Assembly (NCBI GenBank): GCA_963797555.1
Contig: CAWCPV010000015.1
Coordinates: 1 to 64,000, forward strand
Reading direction: 5' to 3'
Length of the DNA: 64,000 bases
From: an uncultured Gammaproteobacteria bacterium
Lineage (GTDB): Bacteria > Pseudomonadota > Gammaproteobacteria > CAWCPV01
Position numbers and translations under genes: made by a program. Positions 34,367-44,053 of the stretch are shown here, piece by piece; position 1 is the stretch's first letter; the number at the start of each line of letters is the position of its first letter. The notes beneath the pieces are model-generated. The model had not been told where the DNA came from and did no database searches. It worked only from the letters and a program-made list of their open reading frames with translations.

Positions 34367-35575
34367 ATGCGCAAGTTGGCCAGGGCACTCATGCTGTGTG
34401 TTGCTGCCGTACCACTTGCTTACGCGGGCGGACAGGGCGGAGCTTATTCTCTCGGCGGGTTCGGTGCCGGAGTTTCGACGGGTCACTTCGGCAGCGGGCG
34501 CTCGTTCGGTAGCTTCGGGGGTGGCCACTCTAGCCGTAGCTTCGGCAGCGGGCGCTTCAGCGGCGGCCAGCCTGCCGGCGGCTTCGGTGGGGGGCGCGCC
34601 GTCGGTCGTGCGGGCGGGGGACCCTCTGTCGGCAACTTCGCTAGCGGGCACTCCGTCGGGAGCTTCAGCGACCAGCCATCTGTCGGCGGCTCCGCTGCTG
34701 GACGCTCTTTTGGCCGCCCGAGCTTCGGTCGCCCGAGTGATGGCCGGCTTGGGCGCAGCGTCGGAGCTGAAAGCTCCGTCGGAGACCTCGAGGTCGGGCG
34801 CTCCGTCGGTGGCTTCTCCACCGAGCGCCCCATCCGTAGGTTCAACGGTGAGCCCGCTGTCGGCACGCTCGGTGCTGAGCGTTCGTTGCGCAGTTCCGCG
34901 CTGGAAGAGTCTCCCGGCAGGCCGAGTGGCAGGCGCATCTCCGCCGACGCGGTCGCTCCTCACCCTGCGGGTCCCAGCATAGGCGATGCTCCTGCCGAGC
35001 AACCCGGCACGCGGTCCACCATTTACCGATGGGTGGACGGGAAGGGGACCTTGCACTTTTCGGATAGGCGCCGCGGTGAGGGACAAGCCGCTGGAGCAGA
35101 GGTTCTGGCGCACGACTCGCCCGTCTTAACGTCGACGACGCTGCCACGGCGAAACGTAACGTCACCCGGAGAGCGCGACGCACAGCGAGGGAGCCACGTG
35201 ACCAACGGTCCTGGCGCGGCTCATCCCGGGGGTAGCCGGACAATCGACGGTGGGGCGACGAGTGGCCCTCATATCGGTAACGCGGGTTGGGGGCATGGGT
35301 TCCGACACCATCGCCATCACAACGCTCACCGCCGCCCCGTTGAACTCCTGGTGTTTGCGCCGTTTTACCCATTCTTGAATTTTGGCTATCCCTACGGTTA
35401 TTACCCGTACCCTTACACCTTCGATGCATACGATGGCTACGGCGACTACTGTGATCCAAACTCTCCGGCTTACGATCCCTCCCGGCTCGGCACCTACGGC
35501 GATGAGCTGATTTGCTGCAGCCCATATTCTCCCTACTATGATTCCGACCACTGCGTAAACGCCGACGAGTCCTGA
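34367..35575 (+). CDS. Secreted Gly/Ser-rich protein with DUF4124
   Basis: Signal peptide; GRS(F/V)G repeats; IYRWVDGKGTLHFSD; Tyr/Pro-rich C-terminus. Confidence 0.65.
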   Translation: MRKLARALMLCVAAVPLAYAGGQGGAYSLGGFGAGVSTGHFGSGRSFGSFGGGHSSRSFGSGRFSGGQPAGGFGGGRAVGRAGGGPSVGNFASGHSVGSFSDQPSVGGSAAGRSFGRPSFGRPSDGRLGRSVGAESSVGDLEVGRSVGGFSTERPIRRFNGEPAVGTLGAERSLRSSALEESPGRPSGRRISADAVAPHPAGPSIGDAPAEQPGTRSTIYRWVDGKGTLHFSDRRRGEGQAAGAEVLAHDSPVLTSTTLPRRNVTSPGERDAQRGSHVTNGPGAAHPGGSRTIDGGATSGPHIGNAGWGHGFRHHRHHNAHRRPVELLVFAPFYPFLNFGYPYGYYPYPYTFDAYDGYGDYCDPNSPAYDPSRLGTYGDELICCSPYSPYYDSDHCVNADES

Positions 35576-35673
35576 CCCGACGTTGACAGCATTTACCCAC
35601 ACGGGGGTCGAAACACGATAGGCGACAGGGACTTACTTGCCGCGGGCGGTTAAAGGGCGCGTCTCTAAAGCGC

Positions 35674-36612
35674 TCAGCCCTCGAGCTGCTGGATACCGTC
35701 CAGGAACCATGTGGGACGGGTGCTGCGGTTCGGGCGTATGAAGTGCCAGACCTCCCGCACCTGGTAAGGCCGCGCGTCTTCGCCCTTCTCGCTGTCCACT
35801 TCACGCATCAGGACGTCGAACAGCACGCTCGCCTCCGTCCGGTCATCCACCTCCCGCACTTCCAGGAGTTGCGCGTCCACCTTGAAGACATCGGTCCGGT
35901 TGGTGCCCGAGCGGGCACGGAACTGATCCTGTATCTCGGTGAACACCGTGTCCGTAGTGAACTGCCGGATGTCGGCGAGGTCGCCCTTGTCCCATGCCTC
36001 CTGGAGGCGGCGGTAGGCGCTCTGGGCCCCTTCCAGGAAACGCTCCCGGTCAAACCCCTCAGGGATGCTGCTTAGCGGTGCCGGGGCGACTGCAGCGGCT
36101 TCGCCCTGGCCCTCCCGCTTGAGAAGCAAGTCGGTGTCGAAACCGCGCTCGGAGCGATCTTCGTAGGCGTTGCGCTCGAAGGCCCCGGAACCCGGCGCGC
36201 CGTCGCCCGGAGATGCCGCCGACATCCCTCGCGCACGCCGACGCATCCTGAACAGGTAGTAGAGCAGGAGGGCGATGCCAGCGAACACCAGGATGTCGAA
36301 CAACTTGAGCCCCTCGAACGCGCCGCCGAAGAACAGCGCGCCCAGCAGACCGCCCAGCGCCAGCCCACCGAGCATCCCCCACAGCCCGCCGCGCTGCGAG
36401 AGCTGCGTGCGCCGTGCCTGGTTCTGCGCCTGACCCAGGCTCGGTGTCTGGTTCAGCGCAGGCCTATTCATCCTGTACGGCTGACTATAGAAGGGCTTGC
36501 TCCCGAAGGAGCGACCGCCGCCTAGGCGCCCGGCCTGGGCATCGCCGAATGGTACCAGCAGCAATGTCGCCGCCGCGAGGACGGCCATCGCGATCACCAG
36601 AAATTGCTTCAT
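35674..36612 (-). CDS. Tim44-domain protein
   Basis: RLGGGRSFG, GLALGGLLG, LQEAWD, EVWHF, GIQQ. Confidence 0.9.
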   Translation of the reverse strand: MKQFLVIAMAVLAAATLLLVPFGDAQAGRLGGGRSFGSKPFYSQPYRMNRPALNQTPSLGQAQNQARRTQLSQRGGLWGMLGGLALGGLLGALFFGGAFEGLKLFDILVFAGIALLLYYLFRMRRRARGMSAASPGDGAPGSGAFERNAYEDRSERGFDTDLLLKREGQGEAAAVAPAPLSSIPEGFDRERFLEGAQSAYRRLQEAWDKGDLADIRQFTTDTVFTEIQDQFRARSGTNRTDVFKVDAQLLEVREVDDRTEASVLFDVLMREVDSEKGEDARPYQVREVWHFIRPNRSTRPTWFLDGIQQLEG

Positions 36613-37045
36613 ACATCCCCCTCCTTTATGGACCAGCCAGCAATGTCCTGGCCCACCTTCTCGGCCAACCGTCATCCCATCGAACTCCACCTCTCTGACC
36701 CCACTCGGCACACCGCGGTTCCGTTGAAGTGGATCCCGGACAAGTGGAAAAGTAAGGCGTTGAGGGCGCAATGCCATCCGCCAATGCGCGTTGCTGGACC
36801 TGCCGCGGTCGAGCTACTACCTCACCCGGCCAAGGGGTGCCCGAGAAAACCGCTGCTGGCGGCAGCTCGGGCCTCCGTGTTGTGCTATCGTCGAATGTCA
36901 CCAGCCAGGGGCCGCCAGGGGCGTGTGGCACGCGAGCCGAATGAAAGACAATTTCGGTCGGAGACCGGTGCTGCTGGGGATCGCTGACTCCCCCGGAACA
37001 CGCCGGAACCTTTGCGGTCGATCCATACGGAAACGGGGAAGACTC

Positions 37046-37348
37046 ATGTTCATTGCAACCAATCGGTTCAGAATCGCGCCCGGTCGAGAGGAGGAGTTCG
37101 TCGAGATCTGGCGCAAGCGCGACACCTATCTCGACGGCGTACCGGGTTTCAAGGAGTTTCATCTGCTGCGAGGGCCGCAGGAGGAGACGCACACGCTGTT
37201 CGCCTCGCATTCGGTCTGGGAATCGCGCCAAGCGTTCGATGCCTGGACGAAGTCGGAGGCATTCAAGAAGGCCCATGCTCAGGCGGGTGGTGCGCGCGAC
37301 CTGTATCTGGGGCCGCCGCAGTTCGAGGGCTTCGAGGTCGTTGTCTGA
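37046..37348 (+). CDS. ABM-family / heme-degrading monooxygenase (HmoA-like)
   Basis: MFIATNRF, VPGF, WTKSEAFKKAH. Confidence 0.88.
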   Translation: MFIATNRFRIAPGREEEFVEIWRKRDTYLDGVPGFKEFHLLRGPQEETHTLFASHSVWESRQAFDAWTKSEAFKKAHAQAGGARDLYLGPPQFEGFEVVV

Positions 37349-37644
37349 CGATACCCATCGAGGCGGCAGCCGGGTCAGGCTTGACGACCAGACACCCGGA
37401 GGTGCGGGCGCGGAGTCGGGGCAGTCCCTGCAAAGCCGTCCTCGGACGTTCAACGCGCCCCGAGCGGCGCTCACCATCGGGCGTCCGCTCGCCGGAGCAG
37501 CCGCGGCCGGCACCGGCGCGTACAGGCCGGCGCTGTCTGGCGAATAGACGGCGCGCTGACCTCGAGCCCAGGCGCACGCACGAGCGCACGCCGGCCGGCT
37601 GACCCCGGCGGCCCGGAGCCGTATGATAGGTGTGCGGCGGGGAG

Positions 37645-38301
37645 ATGATCATGGCGCACAAAACGCTGTCCGAGGCCAACAAAGAGCGGTTCGACGAGAT
37701 CGCGAGCGCATGGGACGAGGACCCTCGCCGCGTGGGCACGGCGCGCGCGATCGCGCAGGCCATCCTGGAGGCGGTCCGCCCTAACGGGACCGAGCGGGCG
37801 CTGGAATTTGGCGCAGGCACAGGCCTGATCACAGCGCTTCTCGCGCCGACGCTGGGCGAGGTGCTGGCGGCGGACAACTCGGCGGGGATGCTCGAAGTCC
37901 TCGATAAGAAGCGGGGCGAACTCGGGCTCGCCAATGTGCGCACCCAGCAGAGCGACCTCTCCCGGGAGACCCCTGCCGGGCCGTTCGATCTCATTTTCAG
38001 CAGCATGACGCTGCATCACATCCAGGACGTGGAAGGTCTTCTGGCGCGCCTCGCGGGGCTACTGGCGCCCGGCGGCCGTCTCGCGGTGGCGGACCTCGAC
38101 CACGAGGACGGCAGCTTCCACGGCGACGCGCAGGGCATCGCGCATCACGGCTTCGAGCGTGGGGTGATGGAACGCTGGCTGCGCTCGGCAGGGCTGGAAC
38201 AGATCGCGATCGTTACCGCGCACGTCATGCACAAGGCTGGAGCGGACGGGCGGCCGCGCGAGTACCCGATCTTTCTCGCAACGGCACGCATGCCGGGTTG
38301 A
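37645..38301 (+). CDS. Class I SAM-dependent methyltransferase
   Basis: LEFGAGTG, MTLHH, DGSFH..HHGF. Confidence 0.88.
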   Translation: MIMAHKTLSEANKERFDEIASAWDEDPRRVGTARAIAQAILEAVRPNGTERALEFGAGTGLITALLAPTLGEVLAADNSAGMLEVLDKKRGELGLANVRTQQSDLSRETPAGPFDLIFSSMTLHHIQDVEGLLARLAGLLAPGGRLAVADLDHEDGSFHGDAQGIAHHGFERGVMERWLRSAGLEQIAIVTAHVMHKAGADGRPREYPIFLATARMPG

Positions 38302-38599
38302 CCCCTTCTGAACCGCTATCAGCGGGTGAAGGACCAGGTTTTCACCCGGTTGGCTTGCGCCCCGTTGGTTGCAGGGTAGACGATGGTGGCCGATACCGAA
38401 AAGTAGCGGGATTGCCGATGTTCGAGACCGCCGCTGCGCCGGCAGCCATTTCTTCGCTTGACCACTTACCTTCGCCGTCCGACCTGTCCTCATCGCTTTT
38501 CACGTGTCCCCGTATCCCCGGTCACTTGCGGCTATCGCCCGAGGCTTGCGCATCGCAATGGCGACGTGCGCGCAGGGAGAAAGCGGACTGCGGACATTT

Positions 38600-38918
38600 G
38601 TTGCGGTGGTACAGGGGCTACGCTATCGGCGCCAGACATGCTGCAAGGCGCTGGCTAACGGTCGCTGCCGCCTCCACGGCGGGCTGAGCACAGGACCGAA
38701 GACCCCTGGGGGGAAGGTCCGTGCACTCGGCAACCTCAGGCAGTACCGCGCTGCGCCCGAGCCGCAACGGGTGCCGTCAAGTACATCGGCACGAAGCCGG
38801 TCAAGCGGGACAACGTCTGCAACACCGGGCTGGCGTGGACGCCAGGACAGGTGATCGCGGTCCCGCGTGAGGTCGCCGACCGGCTGCTCCGGTATCCCGA
38901 TGTCTGGGTCCTCGGCTG
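38600..38918 (+). pseudogene. Phage-like relic: HGGxSTG motif followed by a small phage-protein-like segment
   Basis: NGRCRLHGGLSTGPKT; in a shifted frame, VKYIGTKPVKRDNV...LLRYPDVW. Confidence 0.55.
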
Positions 38919-39376
38919 AAATGCGCACTTATTGCGCGCCTCCTCACTGGCTCGCGCGTTGGGGTCCCCCTGCCTCGTGCATCTCGGGGTTCGGTGCGGG
39001 CAGTCCACACCCCTCACCACCCCGACCCGAACGGCTGGTCATACACGCCTGTCTACCCGCGAATGCGCCCGATGAAGCCGATAGGTGTGGACGGAATGAA
39101 GGTTGGGTTGAACGTCTACAAGAAGCGGTAGGACTCAACCGGAGTGACGCGTCAAGGGTTCCGGGTCTGCATCCGGCTCGGCAACCGCTCAACTGGGGCC
39201 GCCGGTCACCCGCCCAATTTGTCGTCACTTACGTCAGCAGAGTCTCTCCGTAATTGACGGCGACACCGGGTAGCTTCGGCCTCCACCGTTCGTCGAAAGG
39301 ACGCCGGCAAGCAAAACAGTGACAGTATCCGGGTATCGCATGCTCATGATCGGCTTGCTGCCGCGTACGCTCGGCG

Positions 39377-40027
39377 TTAGTGCCCGGCTGTCTGTGCCCG
39401 GCGCAAGAGGGCCACAGTGATATCATGCGCTACCATGCCGCAGTAGGCCCCTGCGATGACATCGCTCAGGAAGTGGTAGCCGGTGCCCATGAGCGCGGCT
39501 GCCAAGACGCAGGACAGCCCCACACACCAGGCGCGCGATCCCGGATAGAAGCGCGATACGGCCAGCAGGGCCGCGGCAAACACCGACATATGGCCGGAGG
39601 GGAAGGCATCGAGCTGCGCGGCGCCGCCCCACCAATGGAAGCCATAGAGTTCCGGATGATCAAGCCACTGCCGTGGCGAGGGCCGCCCAAACATATACTG
39701 AAGTCCCGTCTTGAGGGCATAGGCGACGACGACCGAACTGCCAAGGAGCTGAAAGAAACGCGCCGCGATGGATGCGGGCTCCCGAGTTTCAAGGTACAGG
39801 GCAAGCGTCCAGCTCCCGAGCGCAGTCACCATCACCAGCGCCAGCAGCAGATCGGGGATAGCGCCGGTGGCGCGGCTGAGTGCAGCGTTATGAAAAATGA
39901 CCCTGGCCACCGACCGTGCGATGGGCATATCCAGATACCTGAAGCTCACGGCCACCGTGGCGACGACGGCAACAAAACCGATAATAGTCCTTCCACTCAG
40001 CCATTCGAGTCTCGTGTATATCGACAT
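39377..40027 (-). CDS. PAP2-family phosphatase
   Basis: K..FGRPSP, FPSGH, HFLSDVIAG. Confidence 0.88.
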   Translation of the reverse strand: MSIYTRLEWLSGRTIIGFVAVVATVAVSFRYLDMPIARSVARVIFHNAALSRATGAIPDLLLALVMVTALGSWTLALYLETREPASIAARFFQLLGSSVVVAYALKTGLQYMFGRPSPRQWLDHPELYGFHWWGGAAQLDAFPSGHMSVFAAALLAVSRFYPGSRAWCVGLSCVLAAALMGTGYHFLSDVIAGAYCGMVAHDITVALLRRAQTAGH

Positions 40028-40360
40028 CGTTCAGGGCTTCCGGGCTGGGGTGTGGCAGGCTAACTTCTGCGCATGCGGTTGCCATGCGGGCGCTCACCAT
40101 GACGGTGGAGGACCTGCCATAATCCTCCCACCCGACGCCGGCCATGGTCAGGGGCATCCCCTCCCCGGGCGGTAGCCCGCCATCTCGGCCGCCTGACGGC
40201 TGGTGAAGTAGGTCTTGTGCTCCGAGCGCTCGGCGTGCGCGTAGCCGGGACTCCCGGGAAATGATAGACGTGACTGCGGGTGTTCCCGATGACCGGGCCA
40301 AAGAACGCGACGCGGGAAGTGGTGAGTCGCGGTTCTCCGAAAGCATCGGAGCCAGCGGTC

Positions 40361-40560
40361 TCACTGGCCGACCGGTAGGGCTCGGAGTGCTGCTGGTGGA
40401 CTTGCCAGTTCTGGCGGTACAGGGCCGCGAGCCGTGAGTGAGAGCACCAGCACGTTTTCGGCGTTGTTCTCCTCCGCAGCCGGAGTGAAGTTGAAAGAGC
40501 CCGTGACCACGATGCTCCTGTCGATCACCATCACCCTTGTTGTGGGCGATGGCGTGTTGG
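40361..40560 (-). pseudogene. Phospholipase D/Nuc-like nuclease C-terminal fragment
   Basis: AIAHNK/VMVID (frameshifted HKD motif), TGSFNFT, NAEN; N-terminus absent. Confidence 0.7.
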
Positions 40561-40616
40561 CGGTCGACCCAGACAGGACGCCGGCGTCTGGCGACCTCAT
40601 GGTCGGCCCCCCGCGG

Positions 40617-41243
40617 TCAGTGCTTGCCATAGTCGAGCGCAACACCCTTTCGCTGCGCGTACAAGTAAGCTTCTAGCGCTCTCATCTTCGGGTCATCCGC
40701 ACTCAAAGGCTTGCCTTTGACCGGATGCTCTATGCACCAGTTGATCATGTCTCGGAGCAGAGCGACACGTCCGAGCTGTTCTTGAAACTTGGGATAGGTC
40801 TCTGGGTGTGTGTTGGCACCGTTGGGATGGCACATATCACAGGAGACGCCTATGGTGCCACGCAGCTCCGTTGCGCTGTGGAAAACGGTGGAACCGTATA
40901 CCGCGAGCTTGTAGGTCTCTCGCTGCCACATCTGTGTGTCCGGCTTGGTGACGTCGGCATAGATGGACCCTTGGCCGCGGCCGACCTGATCGCTGTTATC
41001 GGCGGGGGCGACCACCGTATGCCTTTCCAGCTCCTCCTTCATCCAATGGATCTCCGGGTGACCGGTCAGCCACTGAGCCATTATCGCCGGGTCCAAGCTT
41101 TGGGCTTGCGGGCTAGCCTCGGCCGGAGAAATCCGGACGTGGCTCTGCTTGGCTACCTCGGTCTGGGTGGCGCCACGGCTGTCTGGTGGGCCGATAAGGC
41201 AGGCCAGCGCGGCAATTGCACCGTACAGCTTAACCCTGTTCAT
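40617..41243 (-). CDS. Monoheme cytochrome c with SoxA/TsdA-like domain
   Basis: Signal peptide; CDMCH; YPKF...LRDMINWC. Confidence 0.8.
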   Translation of the reverse strand: MNRVKLYGAIAALACLIGPPDSRGATQTEVAKQSHVRISPAEASPQAQSLDPAIMAQWLTGHPEIHWMKEELERHTVVAPADNSDQVGRGQGSIYADVTKPDTQMWQRETYKLAVYGSTVFHSATELRGTIGVSCDMCHPNGANTHPETYPKFQEQLGRVALLRDMINWCIEHPVKGKPLSADDPKMRALEAYLYAQRKGVALDYGKH

Positions 41244-41293
41244 GCCTCTCTCCTCAGTGAATGCCTCGTCCCTCGGATTATCGAGCGCAGCGC

Positions 41294-42436
41294 CTAGTAG
41301 CTCGTGAGGTTCGGTTCCGCCGGCCGGTCCGCCTGACCGCCGCTGGTGAGGTACGCGGCCTTGACCTGCACCGGATTACGGTTCCAGAATCGATACACCG
41401 CATCCTTTAGCCCCTCGGGATTTGCCCGGAACGTGCCGTCCCCGAGAGCGTCATTGCGATTAAAGGGATTCGCCCGGTCCATCTGCACCGTAAGTTTTGG
41501 CAACCCTTCCGGGGCATACGGCCAGGGCCAGGCCGTCGAGAGCATGCCGTAGAAGTTGATGTTGCCGATGCGGTTCATCAGCATCTGGTGGGTATGGCCG
41601 TGGACGACACTGACCGTTCGGAATCGGCCGAGAATCGCCTGAACCTCATCGGCGTCCTCGGTCCAGAAATTCCACGGCCGGTAGTACTTGTACAGAGGAG
41701 AGTGGGAGAACACGATGACGGGTGTCTCCGGGGTGTAACGGGCCAGGTCGTTCTTTAGCCAGTCTCGCTGCTCCTCCCCCACCTTGAAGCGCCCCTGGAT
41801 TCCGTTGTCCAGGCCCGCGACCGTCTGCATCCGTTCCATGGGCGTCATGCCGCGGGCGGTCCAAAAGTCGTCCTCATAGACACTCTGCAGCACGACGAAG
41901 TGCACGCCCTTATGGTCGAAGGAGTAGGTCGGCTTGCCAAAGAGCTGCTGCCAAGTCTCACCGAGATCGTAGAACCAGTCGTGCTCGCCGACCATCACCT
42001 TGAGGGGCGCCTTGATAACCTTGAGAATCTCCGCTCCCATGTGCAGCTCTGCCGGCTGACCAAGCTGGGCCAGGTCGCCCCCGAAGAGCACGAAGTCGGG
42101 CTGGGGATTCATGCTGTTGATGTCATCTACCGCCCGCAGCATCTGATTCACGAAACGGTCGTTGACGTTCTTCGTATAGAGGTGAGCGTCCGACAGATAG
42201 GCGAAGGTAAAGCCCTGGCCGTCAGCACCGCCTTCGGCCCCGAAGGCGACTTCCACCGGTTGGAAGCCATGAAAAGGATGGCTCACTCCAGCCGACAGGG
42301 CTCCGCCGGCGGCCGCGATTGCCACCTTCAGGAAGGAGCGGCGGTCGAGGTTGCGCAGTCCCCGGAAAAAGGTCTCGCGCTCCTCGTAGTACCGGGTCTC
42401 CACGCTCTTGACGTGGGGTATTCTCTTTGCACCCAT
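41294..42436 (-). CDS. Tat-exported calcineurin-like metallophosphoesterase
   Basis: DRRSFLK; DAH, GGDL, GEHD, GHTH. Confidence 0.9.
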   Translation of the reverse strand: MGAKRIPHVKSVETRYYEERETFFRGLRNLDRRSFLKVAIAAAGGALSAGVSHPFHGFQPVEVAFGAEGGADGQGFTFAYLSDAHLYTKNVNDRFVNQMLRAVDDINSMNPQPDFVLFGGDLAQLGQPAELHMGAEILKVIKAPLKVMVGEHDWFYDLGETWQQLFGKPTYSFDHKGVHFVVLQSVYEDDFWTARGMTPMERMQTVAGLDNGIQGRFKVGEEQRDWLKNDLARYTPETPVIVFSHSPLYKYYRPWNFWTEDADEVQAILGRFRTVSVVHGHTHQMLMNRIGNINFYGMLSTAWPWPYAPEGLPKLTVQMDRANPFNRNDALGDGTFRANPEGLKDAVYRFWNRNPVQVKAAYLTSGGQADRPAEPNLTSY

Positions 42437-42480
42437 GGCCCGACCTCCTCAGCGCCCGCTGTACTTGCTCAAATCCACTT

Positions 42481-43798
42481 TCACGCGCTCCTGGAATGGG
42501 AGCTCTTTCCGTCCGCGAGCGCGGTATCGCGCAACGGCCTGTTCTTTCGGGCCATCGCCGATTGCTGGGCGCGTGCGTCGGCGTTCTGTTTGGCGAAGCG
42601 CTCATCGGTCAACGTGAGCAGGAATGCGACCATGTCATCGATCTCGTCGTCGGTGAGTCCCAGAGGCTGAATGCCGCCATCGAGAAACGGATTGGCCTCA
42701 CCGCCCTTGTTGTAGTGATCCATGACATCCCACAGCGTCGCCAGGGAGCCATCGTGCATGTACGGCGCGGTGATGCCGATGTTTCGGATCTGCTCGGTCT
42801 TGAAGGCGCCAATATCTGCGGGAGCCTTGGTCACGAGAAAACGCCCCAGCTCGGAAAGGTCGGTCTGCAACGCCAGTACATCTACCGCTTGCAGGCCCCC
42901 TGCCGTCTCGAGCGCCGCCAACGCCCGCTGAGCCAGCGCCTCGAAATCCTGGTGACGCGCGGCAACGCCGATGTTGTGGAAGCGGTTGTCGGTGCCGAGC
43001 GGCTGCGCCGGATTCAGCATGTGGCACGAGACGCAACGGGCCTTCCCGTTGAACAACGCCCAGCCACGCTTTGCTTGGGCGGAGATGGCCCGCTGGTCGC
43101 CGGCCAGGAAGCGGTCGAACGGCGCATCCAGGAATACGAGGGTACGCTCGAAGGTTGCGATGGCGCGGGCCAGGTCCTCGTAATTGGGGTCGTGCCCATA
43201 GGCCTCGTGGAACATCTTGATGTAGTCGGGATCCTTTGCGACGGCCGCGATCGCCTGCGCCTGGTTGGGCTGTCCCATCTCGACGGGGTTCAGGATCGGC
43301 AGCTTCGCCTGGGCCTCCAGCGAGGGCGCGCGACCGTCCCAGAACAAGCTGTCGAAGAACATCGCGTTCAGCGTCGTCGGCGCGTTGCGTTTGCCGTGCT
43401 GGCTACGGATGCCCTCGGAGGTCTTGCGCCGATCGGTGAACGCCTTGCCCACGTCGTGACAGGTCGCGCAGGCCACCGTCCCGTCTGCGGACAGCCGGGT
43501 CTCGAAATAAAGTCTCTTGCCGAGCGCCACCCGCGCGGGGGTGATCGCGTTGTCCGCAGGCACCACCATGGCGTCCCAGACGCCCCGGTCTACCGTTGGC
43601 GGCAGTTGTGTCACGGGCTGGTTGGGGTCTCGGCCTGCCAACAACTGATGCAACTGAGCGATTTGCTGATCCATCGGCTGCGCGCCGTGGAGATCCCTCG
43701 GTGCCGCTCCGCAAGCTGCAATCCAGCCCGCAGGAGCTCAGCACGACGACGGCATGGAGAGTCATGAGCTGACACACCCGCGATGCTCGCTTGTCCAT
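42481..43798 (-). CDS. Diheme cytochrome c peroxidase/MauG-family protein (N-terminal signal apparently frameshifted near 43730)
   Basis: CATCH, FWDGRA, CVSCH, TAPYMHDGS; main ORF 42481-43674. Confidence 0.85.
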
Positions 43799-44053
43799 GG
43801 CAAACGACTCCGACGGTGGTAAAGGAATTTTAGACGTGGTCCAAGCCTAAACCACGGAAATCCCCTTTGCAAGGCCCGGCGGATTAGTTTTCGTCGTTGC
43901 TCTCGGGCCGCTCGCGAGGATTCGTGCACAGGCTCTGAGGGGTTCAGGGGCGCCGGCTCACCGGTACCTAGGGACCGATGTAACCATGCGCGCCGGGGGT
44001 GGTTTAACATCTGTGTGCGGCGGGACGCCGCAGCATTCCAACGGAGATCCGCC

